Origin: Camelus ferus
Taxonomy: Eukaryota
Reading direction: 5' to 3'
Assembly: GCF_009834535.1 (NCBI RefSeq)
Contig: NC_045711.1
Span: forward strand, 11,780,001-11,844,000
DNA: 64,000 nt
Below, in pieces: positions 11,201 through 23,085 of the stretch (the first letter of the stretch is position 1; the number at the start of each line of letters is the position of its first letter). A program made the position numbers and the translations under genes. Below the pieces are notes generated by a model. The model searched no databases. It had not been told where the DNA came from and saw nothing but the letters and a program-made list of their open reading frames with translations.

Positions 11201-12910
11201 AGCCTATGCCACCATAGGAGCTGGTGTGGTCAACACGGTCTTCACCTTGGTCTCGGTAACTGCTGGCCTCTGGAAGGGCTCCCACCACAGGCTTCACATC
11301 CCATCCACCCATCCCTCCCACTTCCTGAGCCCTGAAGGCCCCTCGTAAGCCCTGGCTCTCCCCACAGGTGTTCTTGGTGGAACGGGCTGGGCGCCGGACA
11401 CTCCATCTCTTGGGCCTGGCAGGAATGTGTGGCTGTGCCATCCTGATGACTGTGGCTCTGCTTCTGCTGGTGAGACCTGGGGAGAGGGGAGGGGACCAGC
11501 GGCCCAAACCGTGGGAACTGCCCCAAGAGGCTCTGTGGGCAGCCAGGGCCATTCCTCAACGTCCATGCCTTCCACCCTGGGGTCAGCCGTGTGCCAGGAC
11601 TATGGGTGTGTGCTCCCAGGGGACCCAGGCTGCACTTCCTCCTGCCCTGGGAGGAGGGTGGAGCACAATCCTGGCAGCCAGGTAGGACAGCCACTGTCTG
11701 GCCTCAGGAAGAGTAACTCCTAAACGCTCAGCTCTAGAACCAAGGGGGAATTGATAGCCCTAAGAGCAGAAAGACCAACCATATGTTCCCTCTGCCCTGG
11801 ATCAGCACAGGGTGGCCAGCTGAATGTCAAGTGCTCAAGGGCCTGTTCTAACCAAGGGGGACAGCACCCCCTCCCACCCCCCTGAGCAGCTGGGAGTGGT
11901 AGATGCCGCTTTGCTGGGTTGAGGGAAAAGGAAGATCCAGAAAGATGTGACCTGAATTCTCCACCCTCCCTGCCTGGCTCCTAGGAGCGGGTTCCAGCCA
12001 TGAACTATGTCTCCATCGTGGCCATTTTTGGCTTTGTGGCCTTCTTTGAGATTGGCCCTGNNNNNNNNNNNNNNNNNNNNNNNNNNNNNNNNNNNNNNNN
12101 NNNNNNNNNNNNNNNNNNNNNNNNNNNNNNNNNNNNNNNNNNNNNNNNNNNNNNNNNNNNNNNNNNNNNNNNNNNNNNNNNNNNNNNNNNNNNNNNNNNN
12201 NNNNNNNNTCTGCCCCCATCTCCCTGTCAGCCAGAAAAGGGCAATTCATAGTTAGCCCAATTTCCAGCCAGCGTATCCCCCTCCTACAGACAGTCTAGGG
12301 GTCACTTTGGTGGATCATGGGGGTTCTGAAGACCAAGTACTCTGCCAGAAAGATCAAAGTAAAGAAGGGAGCTGAACTAGATTGGATAACAGGTGTCTTC
12401 AAAATAAAGTAGTGGCATAACTTAGACTAGGAATAAAATGATAACCTTCACATTAATACTGCAAAGGGCTGGGAAGCCACTCTGAGTGAAGTAACTCAGG
12501 ATGTAGCGAGAGAGGACAACGCTAGGAGAGTTGGGGTTCAGAGAATTCTTTTATCACTAAGTTCTCCTGGTAATTTCCCTCACCCTGCAAAGGAGCCACC
12601 TGCGTTGTGCAGTATTCTAGCTCCCTGTGAAGGTCTTTAGTCCCTGGCTTGCCTGAGACCACCGGTTCCCTCCTCTCTGTCAACACTTCTTTCTCCACTG
12701 TCCCAGGATGCTATGGGTCCCTACGTCTTCCTTCTATTTGCGGTCCTCCTGCTTGGCTTCTTCATCTTCACCTTCTTAAAAGTGCCTGAAACCCGAGGCC
12801 GGACGTTTGACCAGATCTCAGCAGCCTTCCGCCGGACACCCTCCCTTTTAGAGCAGGAGGTGAAACCCAGCACAGAACTTGAGTACTTAGGGCCAGATGA
12901 GAATGACTGA
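8279..12910 (+). CDS. SLC2A4: Insulin-responsive facilitative glucose transporter GLUT4
   Basis: Coding exons 8279-8311, 9604-9720, 9834-10006, 10094-10218, 10331-10446, 10547-10709, 10794-10981, 11151-11255, 11368-11469, 11985-(about 12188, end in N gap), 12707-12910. All visible junctions are GT-AG and in phase. N-terminus [12 protein letters not shown]-terminus [23 protein letters not shown]; 1530 bp = 509 aa if exon 10 is 204 bp. Confidence 0.99.
9190..9330. mobile_element. MIR fragment in SLC2A4 intron 1
   Basis: gaagtgacttagccaaggtcacaca is a MIR core motif. Confidence 0.5.
12061..12208. other. N gap, first of nine (others: 26197-26422, 31339-31530, 33498-33664, 35527-35754, 36872-37011, 44562-44701, 48352-48594, 51329-51460)
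   Basis: Direct observation of N runs of 132-243 nt. Confidence 1.
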
Positions 12911-13827
12911 GGGGCCAGGCTGGGGTGGGAGAGCCAGTTCTCTCGACCTGCCCAGAGACCCCCCTCCTTTCCTCTGCAGCACTTTAACCCTCTCTTCCCC
13001 GTTACTTCCAGGGTGGAGAAAACCCCTGCAGCCTGGTGGAATGGGGAAGCTGGAGGGGAGGGTGGTCTGAGCACCCCCTCATTCCCCTCGTGTGACTCTT
13101 GGATTATTTATGTGTTGTGGTTAGGCTGTGGCCACGGGATGGCCCATTCTCCCCTCTCACCTTCTCCTTCCTCCATAGCCACCCCCACCCCCGCCCAACC
13201 TCAGCTCCCAGATACTTCCGCCCCCTGCTGGAGGAGGGGGAGGGGAGGCGCTAGGACTGACTTTTTGGCCAGGGTGAACTGAAGCAGGACTGGAGAAGTC
13301 CAGTTCTTGCCACCTGGGACTCCTCCCACTCTGACACTTTCTCTGAATTCTTGCCACATAGGCTCTGGGTGACAGGGGGTCTGTCTTGACCTCTCTAGGG
13401 CAAAGGATGCACCTCCCCACCCCGCCCCCGCCCCAGGGTCTAACCTCATCTCCTTCACTGCAAGTTCAGTCCTCTCGCTCAGCCTTCCAGGGCGCTCAGC
13501 CTTCCAGGGCGGGAGGGAACATGCGTTCACCCGTGGTCAGAGGAAGGGACAGCGGGCTCCCCTCTAGACTCAGGGCTCTGGGCCACACCCCAGCTGCTCC
13601 CCAAGGCTGCCAGGTGGGGGCCCCAGCTCTTTCCTCCTCTCCCGTCCTGGAAGAGTGTTGTACCCACAGGCTTTTGACCAACTAAGGGAAAGAGGGATTT
13701 GAAAGGCTGCCTGTGAACACGGGGCTGGGAGGAGCCTTCAGATATTTTTGTATATGTTTCAAAAAAGAGGGGGCAGGGAGAAGAAACCGAAGGTCTGTTG
13801 TACTAAATGTATATATAGAGATCCATA

Positions 13828-13833
13828 TATAAA
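13828..13833 (+). terminator. Probable variant poly(A) signal (TATAAA) of SLC2A4
   Basis: No AATAAA seen on + between the stop and 14384; TATAAA is followed by a GU-rich tract (gtcctgttgtgtgg, about 13853-13866). Confidence 0.45.
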
Positions 13834-14309
13834 GTCACTGTATGAGATGAGCGTCCTGTTGTGTGGAGGTACCCAAGATGGGACCATGGCCACCACCCCA
13901 CACCCTGCCTCCTCTCCATCCTGCCTTAGTTCAAGGTTGCAGAATCCTCTGGGTGCTGTCACTCACGCCCCCACTGACAGTTTTAGTCACTGCTTTTATT
14001 AATAGTCATAAATGCTCAGGTAAGTTGTGGCCGGAAGTGCCAGATGCTGCTCTAGGCACTTCGGGAAACACTCAACTCTGCCAGGAGGTCATAGCCCATT
14101 TCACAGATGGGAAAAGGGACTCACAGGGATGAAAGCATTTGTACAGAGCCACCCAGCTAGAAACGGGGAACAAGAGCTGGAGAGCAGGCCCTGCCCACCA
14201 CCCCCCATCCTCCTCCCCCAACTTCTACAGCAAGGTACCAGCCAGGCTCCCTCAGGCTCCAAACAGAAAAAAGGCAGAGACCAAGACAACAGGAAAGCCT
14301 GTTTTTGTT

Positions 14310-14315
14310 TTTATT
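14310..14315 (-). terminator. YBX2 poly(A) signal AATAAA
   Basis: tttatt on +, about 240 nt into the non-coding last exon (acceptor near 14558). Confidence 0.75.
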
Positions 14316-14815
14316 GGAGGCTCAGGTGGCACATGACAGTTCATAAAAAGACTTCAGAGGTAGGGGGTAGCAGGGAAACAAAAAATAAACTGGGGTGGGA
14401 AAGAAAAACAACCAGGAGGAGGTAAGAGCTGGCTGGTTCCTTCTCAGCCTGATTTAGGGGAGGGAGTTGGTGCCTCTGAACAAGAAGGATCGATTCCCTT
14501 CCTTCAACCCTTGGTAAGGGAGAGGGGGGGGGGAAAAAAGGCTGTTGCTTTGGCCCTCCTGAGTCTCAAGGAAAAAGGGGAAAAGCTGGTGTTTCGATGT
14601 CATGAATTATGGGAAAGGGGGGAGGGAGGTGCTGGGTAAGATACAGGTCAGTTGGAAAAACTGGCAGATACACCTGAGAGGAAAAGAGATGGAAGAATCA
14701 CCACCAGCAACTTGTCATTCCCAGACCCCCACCCTCTTGGTACCTGACATGGGCCTGTGCCACCCACAGGCAGCCACTCACCAGATGGTGGCTCTGGGTG
14801 TCCTTTGAGTTGGAA

Positions 14816-17800
14816 TCACTCCAGTATGGTGGTTGGGGGGTCCCCACTGTTGATGGGGGCTGAGGTCTACAGAGAACAAGGTGGTGCACTGAGACCGTCT
14901 GGTTTTTTGGAGCCCTCAAAATCAACTTTCTCCTCCCTTTGCTCTTCCCGTTCCTCCCCCAATTCACATCCAAGAGCTGGTGCTATGGCCCCAAGCAGAG
15001 CTGAGTGGGAGTCTGCAGAGGGTGACACAGGCTTGATTGCCTCTGTTGGAGTTTCCTGGTGGGTGGGGGTGCCTGTCAGGGGTGGACCCAGCAGGACTAG
15101 CTTTTGGGAGCAGGGCCAGGAGAAGGGGCACGAAGAGTGGAAATGGAAGGGTAAAGAAGATAGAAGTGGGGCAGAAGGGAGAGGGAGAAGCTGGCTCCAG
15201 CCTTTTCTTTCCTTCTCCTCTGCAACTCACACCCCCTACCGACAGTCCAAGGTCCTTACTTCCGGGGCTGTGGGCTGCCTGGGTCCAGGGGGCTGCTGCC
15301 GTCTCCGCTGGAAGTAGGGGCGGTTTCGTGGGCGCTGGGGCTCAGGCCGGGAACCGTCAGTGGGGCCTTGGCTGGGCTTGGTCTCACCATCTCCACCTTC
15401 TGTGGTAGGCTGCTGGGGGGGCCTGGGGCGGAAAGGCCTGGAGAGAGAAGCGAAGACCCTGAAGGGACAGGAGCCCAGTGTGGACTAAGTTCCTGCCTGC
15501 CAGGACCCCCCAGCAGAGGTAGACTAGCCAGCCTCCCCATCCCCACCCCACCCCAGGGGCGCCTGCTTCCACCTGGGCACCTAAGCAGTAATGGCTCAGA
15601 TACCCAGCCCCCCTCACCCTAGCTTCAGGCCCTTCCTGCTTCCCATCCTCCTGTCCCCATCCAGGCTGGTGAAGGCGAAGAGGCACCCAGGAGAGGCAGT
15701 CTTACCTTCGGTACCTGGGCCTGAATCTGGGTGGGGGGACCCGCTCATCTCCTTGCTGTTGGTCACCCTCCAACGGAGCTGTCTCTTTGGGTTCTACCGC
15801 ATCAGTACCCTGGGGACACAAAGGCCCAGGTGAGCCCAGGGGCACCCCCAGTTCTTCCCAGCCCACCCTTCCACTTCCCCTGGGGACTCTGGTCTCCAGC
15901 CTCACCCACTCCCGCTCCTTTCCCAGGACTCGGGCAGCTGGTTCCCATGTTCCCAGTTCCCCTCACCTCGATGGACTGCTGCTGGTTGGGGGGCCGAGGG
16001 CCTCGCACAAAGCGCCGGCGGTAGAAGAAGGGCAGTGGGCGGCGGCGTCTGGGCCGCTGCCCAGGGTCTTCAGCTCGCTCCCCTTTGCTGCCTGGTTCTG
16101 TCCCGCCTGACGGAGCCTCTGCCACCATGGGTGGCGGGGCAGCTGGGCGGGGCCGGGGGATGAATCTGCGGAACCTACGTCGGTTGGGGGCAAAGCGGCT
16201 GCCCTTCACGGGCACACCTCCGGGCCCAGTCACATTAGCCGCTTCTGCACCCTGGTTAGGAGGTGGAGAGGGACTGGTGAGAAGTTGCTCCAGTGACAGA
16301 CGCACAACATTCTCAGTTTTGAGTCCTGGTCTTCCTGTCCTTCCAGCTAAAGGCCCCTCTCCAGCTTTCCCCCAGCTCCTCTAACTTCCAGTTCTTTCCA
16401 CCCTCCTCTAGGGGAACAGCAGTGGGTGTTCGGGCCCTTCTAGGAGGGGCCACATCTGCCACTGGTCCTTTTGAAGCAGCTGCTTACTGGACCATCTTAA
16501 GGTTTAGACTGGAGGTAGGGGTAGAGGTGGAGAAAGAGGGCTGACTGGCAAGCCTTGCCCTCATGGAGGGCTGGCTCTGAGAGGAGACGGTGGTCCAGGG
16601 CCCTTGATGGAGAACAGACATGGGAGTGCTTGGTGAACTACAAAGAAACTCAGATGTTACTGACTGGTGACAGGGACACGTTCTTTAGGACATCCCATAG
16701 AGTGGCAAGAGTGTTAAGGATGACAATGTCTGTGTGAGGACAAGTCCCGGGCCCACAGCCTGGGCTGTCTGGCCAGGGGAAGAGCTGGCCTCAGGAGGCC
16801 AGAGCCTGGGGGCCCTCCAGGCCGCCCTCCCACAGCTTGGTGGACTCTGCATCCCACCGCAGCTCCCGAACCTTCTCTCCTTCCACAACATCGAACTCCA
16901 CAGTCTCCCCATCTCCAACGCTGCGCAGAAACTTCCTGGGGTTGTTTCTTTTAATAGCTGTCTGGTCAGGGAAAGGGTGGGAGAAAGGTGAAGACAGCAA
17001 GCTGGGAGTCCCATAGCCCTGCGGGTCCCCCACCCAACTTTTTCTTTTCAGCGTTTTACTGGTGGGCCTAGGCTGGAGGGCAGAGCGAGGAGAAGGGAGT
17101 CAAAGTTTAGCGGGGGAAAAGCTATCAACTAGGGGCCTCAGCACAATTGTGCAGTTACCACCATCCCCAGCACACATTCCCTCCTCTCTTGACTGCTCAG
17201 GGATTTCAGGAAGGGGAGCAAGAAACATGAACTCGGAAGCAGAACAAAAAGCCAAGATAGTCTTAAGTTGCAAAGTGGGTAAAACATACTATTCTTACCT
17301 CAATCCCACTGAAAGCACTTTCCACCAAAGCAGTGGTTCTCAAACTGCGTGTGCATCAGAATCACCTGGAGAGCTCATTAAAACAAACTGCTGGCCGCTC
17401 CGCCAGGCCAGGTTGATTGGCTAGGTCTGAGGTAGGCCTGAGAATTTGGCTGGCAGGTGATGCTGCTGGTGCGGGGACCACACTTTGAGAACTAGTGCAT
17501 CCAAGTAGCGCTGGCCTGTGTCCCTTCCCACGGACACCGCCTTGATTAATTCCCAGGGTGTTAACAGGTCCTGGCGTGTGATGCCCAAGGGGCAACAGGT
17601 ACATTGCTTGCAGACAACCCAGCACAAGTGGGGCCAATGCAGTGAATACAGGCACCTGGGGCAGATGGAGGGGGGAACTATTTCCTGGTGGGCATGCTGC
17701 TTCCAGGTAAAAGCTGGAGAAACATGATCTATGCTGCTTAGAATAATGAAGGCCAAAGAGGGTGGGTTCCTGCCCTCGGAAAGCCAACCTAGCTCTTACC

Positions 17801-20217
17801 TGGTGAACAAAGACATCCTCCTTGGTGTCATTCCTGCAGAACAGGATGGGTTGTTAGGGGTGACTTTGCTGAGGTGCTCACCTCCACTGAAGCCTCTCAA
17901 GCTGCCCATTCCTAAGCTCCAAGGGCCCATCCTCTCCACCTTATGTGGCTACTTGAGGTTAGACTGGGCCCTCCCCCTGAAGATGGGATGAAAAGAATAT
18001 TCCTAAGCCTCCATGAAAAACCTGGGCTTCACCAGGAAAAGGCAGAGCAGGGGGAGGCAAAGGCACCTTGAAGGAGCTGGGCCAGCTTTTACCTGCCGAG
18101 CACGCCACCCTCTACCCCAGGGCACCTTAGAACCTGGTAGTGCTGGGTGTAACTGTCTCTAGCCAGCAACCCCTCTTCCCCAATCCACATCAAGGGTGGA
18201 AAATTCCACTCTGTTTCCTTTCTTCTACAGTCAAGGAGGAAGAAAAGTAGGGACAGGGGTAGAAGTGCAGAACAAGTTTGAGGAGGGGACATGTTAAGAA
18301 CTGGCTCCAAATAGCCACAAAACTTTATTTTCAGCCTGGAGGTTAACCCCAGGGTCAGGCCCCCTCTCAGCACACCAAGAAATCAAGGGTGAGAGATTGT
18401 TCGATCATTCTGTCACCACCTCGCCCATCACTCCAGTTTATCCTAGCACCCCAATGAGGGGGGGGGGGAATGGAGAGGTTTTCCTTCAGAACTTCCCAGG
18501 AGTCTTCAGTTTCCAGAATTAGAGAGGGACCATTCCCTAGAACAAGTGTTCTAGCTTTAAAGCACTTGGATCTGCACAAAGGTCAGCCTGCTAAGAGGGA
18601 ACCAGGGCCTCCCAGGAGGGCTGGGCTGGGCAGGGTGCCTGGGCTGCGGAAGGGCCCACTGGGGGAGACCTCAGCTCAGAATCCCAGAATCTGCCACCAC
18701 AGCCCCTCCCAGTGCCAGAGGGGGTGGGGCTGCCTAACTGAAGGAAAGCAGCATCCGCAGGCTGGGCTGGTGCTTTCCTTCCCCAACCCCCACCAGACTC
18801 AGTTCCATCAGGTGGGGGATTCAATGAGCTAACAGCTCTCTAAGGGAGATGAGTTATGGGAATGCTATGTGTGCTGCCGGAAACAGGAAATGAGTGAGGA
18901 TTCCAGCCCAGAGGCACGGAGAGCAGGTACATTCTGCCCCAAAGGTGGTGGCAAACTAAACCAGGTGACACAGACAAGCTGAAAGGGTCAGAGCCAGGTT
19001 TGCCAACTTCCTAGATCATTAACCCTCTGCTGCCCTTGAAGATGTGGAGGAGGCTTCATCTTGCCCACATCTGTGCTGTGGTTAAAGACTTTCAATCAGT
19101 GTCAGCTGGACACTGCAACCATGTGCCTTGGTAGGGATAGAGATGAGGTTGGGAAGATGTCCAGTCTTACAGGCCACTTTGGAAGAGACCCATTCCACCC
19201 CCTCCCTGGGTTCCTCAGATACCTGTTGATGAATCCGTAACCATTCCGCACGTTGAACCATTTGACAGTGCCCAGGACTTGGATTGCTGCCAGGCAAAGA
19301 TGCAGTGGGGGCAGTAAGATGGGGGAAGAGATGGAGCTGCACTCAGCTTTGAGACACTCCAAACATCTAACCTACCTCCCTATTACCTATTAAGCTTAAC
19401 TCACGCCAACCAGGTTTTCACCCAGTAGCGTCAAAGCATCCTTAAGTTCCACTAAATGGAAGCGCCCACAGAGCGCGGCTCAGGCTTTGAAAACTCTTCG
19501 ATTCTAAGGCATGTTCCTCATATCCTACAAATTCAGGCCCTTCACCTAGAACCAGGTACTCACCTGGTCCACGAAGTTCCGCCCTCAAGTCATAACTGAG
19601 GATCTTTCTAGCCCTCTCAATGTAAGGGTCCCTAGTGCACCTTCCTGCCGGGCTCAGAGATTTACGGAGTACTAACCCGAGTCAACAAGGCTGTCTCCCG
19701 CCCCCGGGGCGTGGCCAGACACTAACTGGGCCTGCCCACCATACCCTCCCGCCCAGAAAGATACGGCAGGGTTTCCCACCAGGGGAACCCACTTCAGTCC
19801 GCTGCGCCCAGCCTAGGTAGTCCTTTGAGCCTCTGGGCCAGACCGGCCTTCAGCTTTCAGGACCCTGCCGGGCTCCACGATGCCCCTCCCCCAGCCCGCC
19901 AACCCGTCAGAGCCGTCCTGGCGCGCGCCCCTCCCCTCACCCAGCACCGGCTTGTCCGCCTGACTTCGGGCCTGGGTAGCGGGGGTCCCCGAGGCCGTCG
20001 TTGCCGGGTTGCCAGGGGTGCGGGGGCCTGGCGCCGAAGGGGTCCCAGCAGCAGGGCCCGAGGCGGCTCCGACCCCGCCGCCACCCGCCCCGCCGCCTGT
20101 TTTCTGTGGCTCCCCTGCAGGCACGGGGACCACCACCGCTACCACCCCTGCCGCCGTCGCGGGCACCGTCGCCGCGGGGGCCGCTGTCGCCACCACCGCC
20201 GCCTCCGCCTCGCTCAT
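14816..20217 (-). CDS. YBX2: Y-box-binding protein 2 (MSY2/contrin), germ-cell cold-shock-domain RNA-binding protein
   Basis: Coding exons 20217-19941, 19286-19223, 17833-17800, 16961-16872, 16251-15967, 15809-15706, 15437-15260, 14866-14816 (1083 bp, 360 aa). MSEAEAA... start; [64 protein letters not shown]; ends DPPTTILE*. Confidence 0.98.
17331..17497. mobile_element. MER5A (hAT-Charlie) DNA transposon fossil in YBX2 intron 3
   Basis: TIRs cagtggttctcaa ... ttgagaactagtg and internal gcatcagaatcacctggagagct. Confidence 0.85.
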
Positions 20218-20750
20218 CCCACCGGGTCCGGTACCGGCCCCCGCCGCCACCTCCTCCTCCGCCGCCGCCGCCGCCACCGCCCCGGCCCCTCCCCCAGGCT
20301 CGCGAACCCGCCGCGCCTCTCGGTCCTCGCGCCCCGAGCCTCGCCCGCACGCCTGCAGCGGGCCGTGAGCGGAAGCCAATCGCAACCTTCAGCGGCGCCG
20401 CGCGCAGGCCCCGCCTCCCGGCCACAGGCCAATCCTAGCCGAACAGCCCCCGGGCCCGCATGCCGGCCCCGCCTCCCAGACTTCGCTCAGGGACCGAGGC
20501 CCCCGCCCGCAGCCCTGTAAGTACACCTGGGCCCCGCCCCATGCCGTCACGTGACCGACCCCAGCTCAAACCATTGGTCGACGGCCTCTTTCCCCTCCCC
20601 CCCCGCCCCTTTCCACCGGCCGCGGGAAATCAAACGGGCTGGGCGCTCCCCAACCGCCACCTGGTCTCTGCGCGGAGGGGCGAGGCAGGGGCGCGCAGCT
20701 CCAACGTTGCCCCTGAGGACCCGGGTTGGGGACCGGAGCCCGGAGCCTCT
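19900..20750 (-). promoter_or_regulatory. YBX2 CpG island/promoter
   Basis: Very CpG-dense; CCAAT boxes at about 20376-20380 and 20428-20432, ATTGG near 20573, GC boxes, palindromic GTCACGTGAC at 20546-20555. Confidence 0.85.
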
Positions 20751-21843
20751 GTCCTGGCTGTGTGCGGCACTGCTCACCTACACCCTCAAGACCGCCCTTG
20801 CCTTTCTTCCAGTCCGCCCCACCCTCTCCCTAGAGGATGCTCCTCACACACTGGCCTGCGGGATCAGCCCTCGGGGCTAGCTGGACTTTCCCAGCTCACG
20901 GTTACTCTCACAAGCCGGGGAATGTCACTTTTTATTTTGTTTTTGAAGTACAATTGACATACATCAAAATGCACAACTTGTCGCTGAGTTTTGATAAACG
21001 TGTTCATCCATGTAATCAACACCCTAATCGAGGCTTTTTTTCCCTCGCCCCGGGAGGTTCCCTCCAGACCCTTCTAGGTAGGCCCAACCTCCCCACAGAC
21101 CACAGCTGTTCTGACGTTTTCCACCGGAGAACAGTTTTAAGGTCCACGGTGCTCGGCGCTGTGGTCCCTGGAGGGGCGGAGTTTCCCTCTCCAGCTCTCT
21201 GTCCTCTCCCAGGCTTCTCCCTCCACCTTCTTTCTTTTATCCAACTGGCCAGGCTCTTCGGACTCAAGGCAGTTTCCTCTGCTTAGAACAAGTCCTCCGT
21301 TTCTCTCAGGGTGACTTCTTCAAGTACCAGCTTACATATCACTGCTCACATCATCCTTTTTTTTTTTTTTGTATATATATGACATTTTTGGAAATACGAA
21401 GTTGCTTACTTAGCTATTCCCTCCCCCGACCCTCCGCAACTAGACTATGAACGCCACAGCAAGAAGAGCCTTGTAGTTACGCCTGACGCCTGTAACAGTG
21501 CCTGGCACAACATAGGCGCTCAGTATTTCTTGAGCAATTAAATGGTCACCATTCCACAGATGAGAAGACAGAGGCTTGCCCCAGTCTTCTCGGGAGGCCG
21601 GGTGTCCGGCCAGGGTGCCGCAATCTCCCAGAAGTATTCAGCTTCAGAAGTGGTCTACCTGACCTGCGGAGGAAGCGGCCGGAGCTGGGCAGAGCCTATT
21701 TTTTAGCCTGGACAGCACTCCCCGGGGCAGCACAAGTGTCCCCACTCGCCACCCGGCGCCACGTGAGTTTCTCGAGTCTGGGTGTCCCTAGCCAGGCCGA
21801 CGTCCGCTTTCCAGCGGCGGCCGCTGCCAATCCCGGTGCCGGC

Positions 21844-21859
21844 GCGCCCTCTGCCGGCC
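21844..21859 (-). promoter_or_regulatory. Predicted CTCF site in an intergenic CpG patch
   Basis: Reverse complement GGCCGGCAGAGGGCGC matches the CTCF core CCRSYAGRKGGCRS. Confidence 0.55.
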
Positions 21860-22636
21860 GCTCCGGAGGCCACCCGCCCCGGCTTCCTTCCTGTGCTTCC
21901 ACCAGCTGCCCGGCCCGCCCCACCGCTTCGGCCCTTTCCAAGTTGAGGATTCTGTTTCCCAGGGCATCGGGCACAGTGGACGGAAAGCGAGAAAAGATGA
22001 GAAAACAACTAAATCAAGACGAGGCCGTGAAGGATGCAGAAGTGACTACCTTCCCTTCGACTACTAAGGACCGATTTACCTGTGTCCAGCCCTGAGCTCA
22101 AGGAATGGGTAAAACAGGAGATCAGGGCTGGAAGGAGCAGACCAGATAAATCACACTTTGACCCTGGCAACCAAAGAATCGCATGGAAGGTACAGAGGGA
22201 GCTCAGGTGTGAACTGGTTAACTGTAAGTTTAGAGGGTGAGAGAGAGGAAGCTCACAGGAAGAGTGAAAGACTTGTTTGTAATAATATTAAAAATACACC
22301 CGGAGATCAGGGTTGGCGGTGCTGCAAGAAAGTACTCCGGGGCTGGCAACATGGAGGCATGAAACACTTAGACATAACAACAGTTACATGTTCTCTGTCC
22401 CCGTGGATAAGAAGTAGCAGATGCCAACAGAGAGATGCAATTAATACCCCTGTTCAGTTGAAGGGTTTGTGCATGTAATTTTCTGGTTATTTAAGTCTTT
22501 TTAAGTGCCATAGATAACAAGGGCTCCAGGCATTCTGGTGAAAAGGCATCCTCCTTTTTCTGTCCCTCTTCTCCCCACCTGAAGTCTGGTCTAGCTTGTT
22601 CACTGCTAAAAAATTTAAAAATTAAAACCAAAGCCC

Positions 22637-22780
22637 TGGGAGAGGGTATAGCTCAAGTGGTAAAGTGCATGCTTAGCATGCGTGAGGTCCTGGGTTCCAT
22701 CCCCAGTACTTCCTCTAAAAATAAATAAAAAAGCTAATTACCCTCCCCCAAAAAAGGAAAAAAACAACAAAAAAACAAAA
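22637..22780 (+). mobile_element. tRNA-Ala-derived SINE (Vic-1-like)
   Basis: gggagagggtatagctcaagtggtaaagtgcatgcttagcatgcgtgaggtcctgggttccatccccagtac plus A-rich tail. Confidence 0.9.
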
Positions 22781-22944
22781 TTTCTGCCTCCTTAACCCTT
22801 GCCCTCTACCTTTCCATCAGTATAGCACCAAACTTCCTGAAAGCAGTCTTTACTGTTTCTAGTCTCTTTCACACCCCACCAACCCAAATCTGCTTTCTGC
22901 CCCCACCACTCCACTTAGATGGCTTCAGCTGTGGTCCATACTCC

Positions 22945-23085
22945 TTATGTTTTTTTTTTAATTGTGGGGGGTAATTAGGTTTATTTATTTGTTTATTTAT
23001 TTTGGAGGAGGTACTGGGGATTGCACCCAGGACCTCCTGCATGCTAAGCATGTGCTCTACCACTTGCACTATACCCTCCCCCCAC
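22945..23085 (-). mobile_element. tRNA-Ala-derived SINE (Vic-1-like)
   Basis: Reverse copy: T-rich tail then gaggtactggggattgcacccaggacctcctgcatgctaagcatgtgctctaccacttgcactataccctcccc. Confidence 0.9.

Noticed and set aside
8279-12910. Functionally important GLUT4 coding changes
   Set aside because: Visible substitutions are mostly conservative and the FQQI, NET glycosylation, QLS, PESPR, LL and TELEY motifs are intact; part of exon 10 is unreadable.
19825-20520. Multiple overlapping ORFs around YBX2 exon 1, including a TTG-initiated N-terminal extension from 20385
   Set aside because: GC-rich shadows; the extension would start upstream of the likely TSS among CCAAT boxes, while ATG 20217 matches the known N-terminus.
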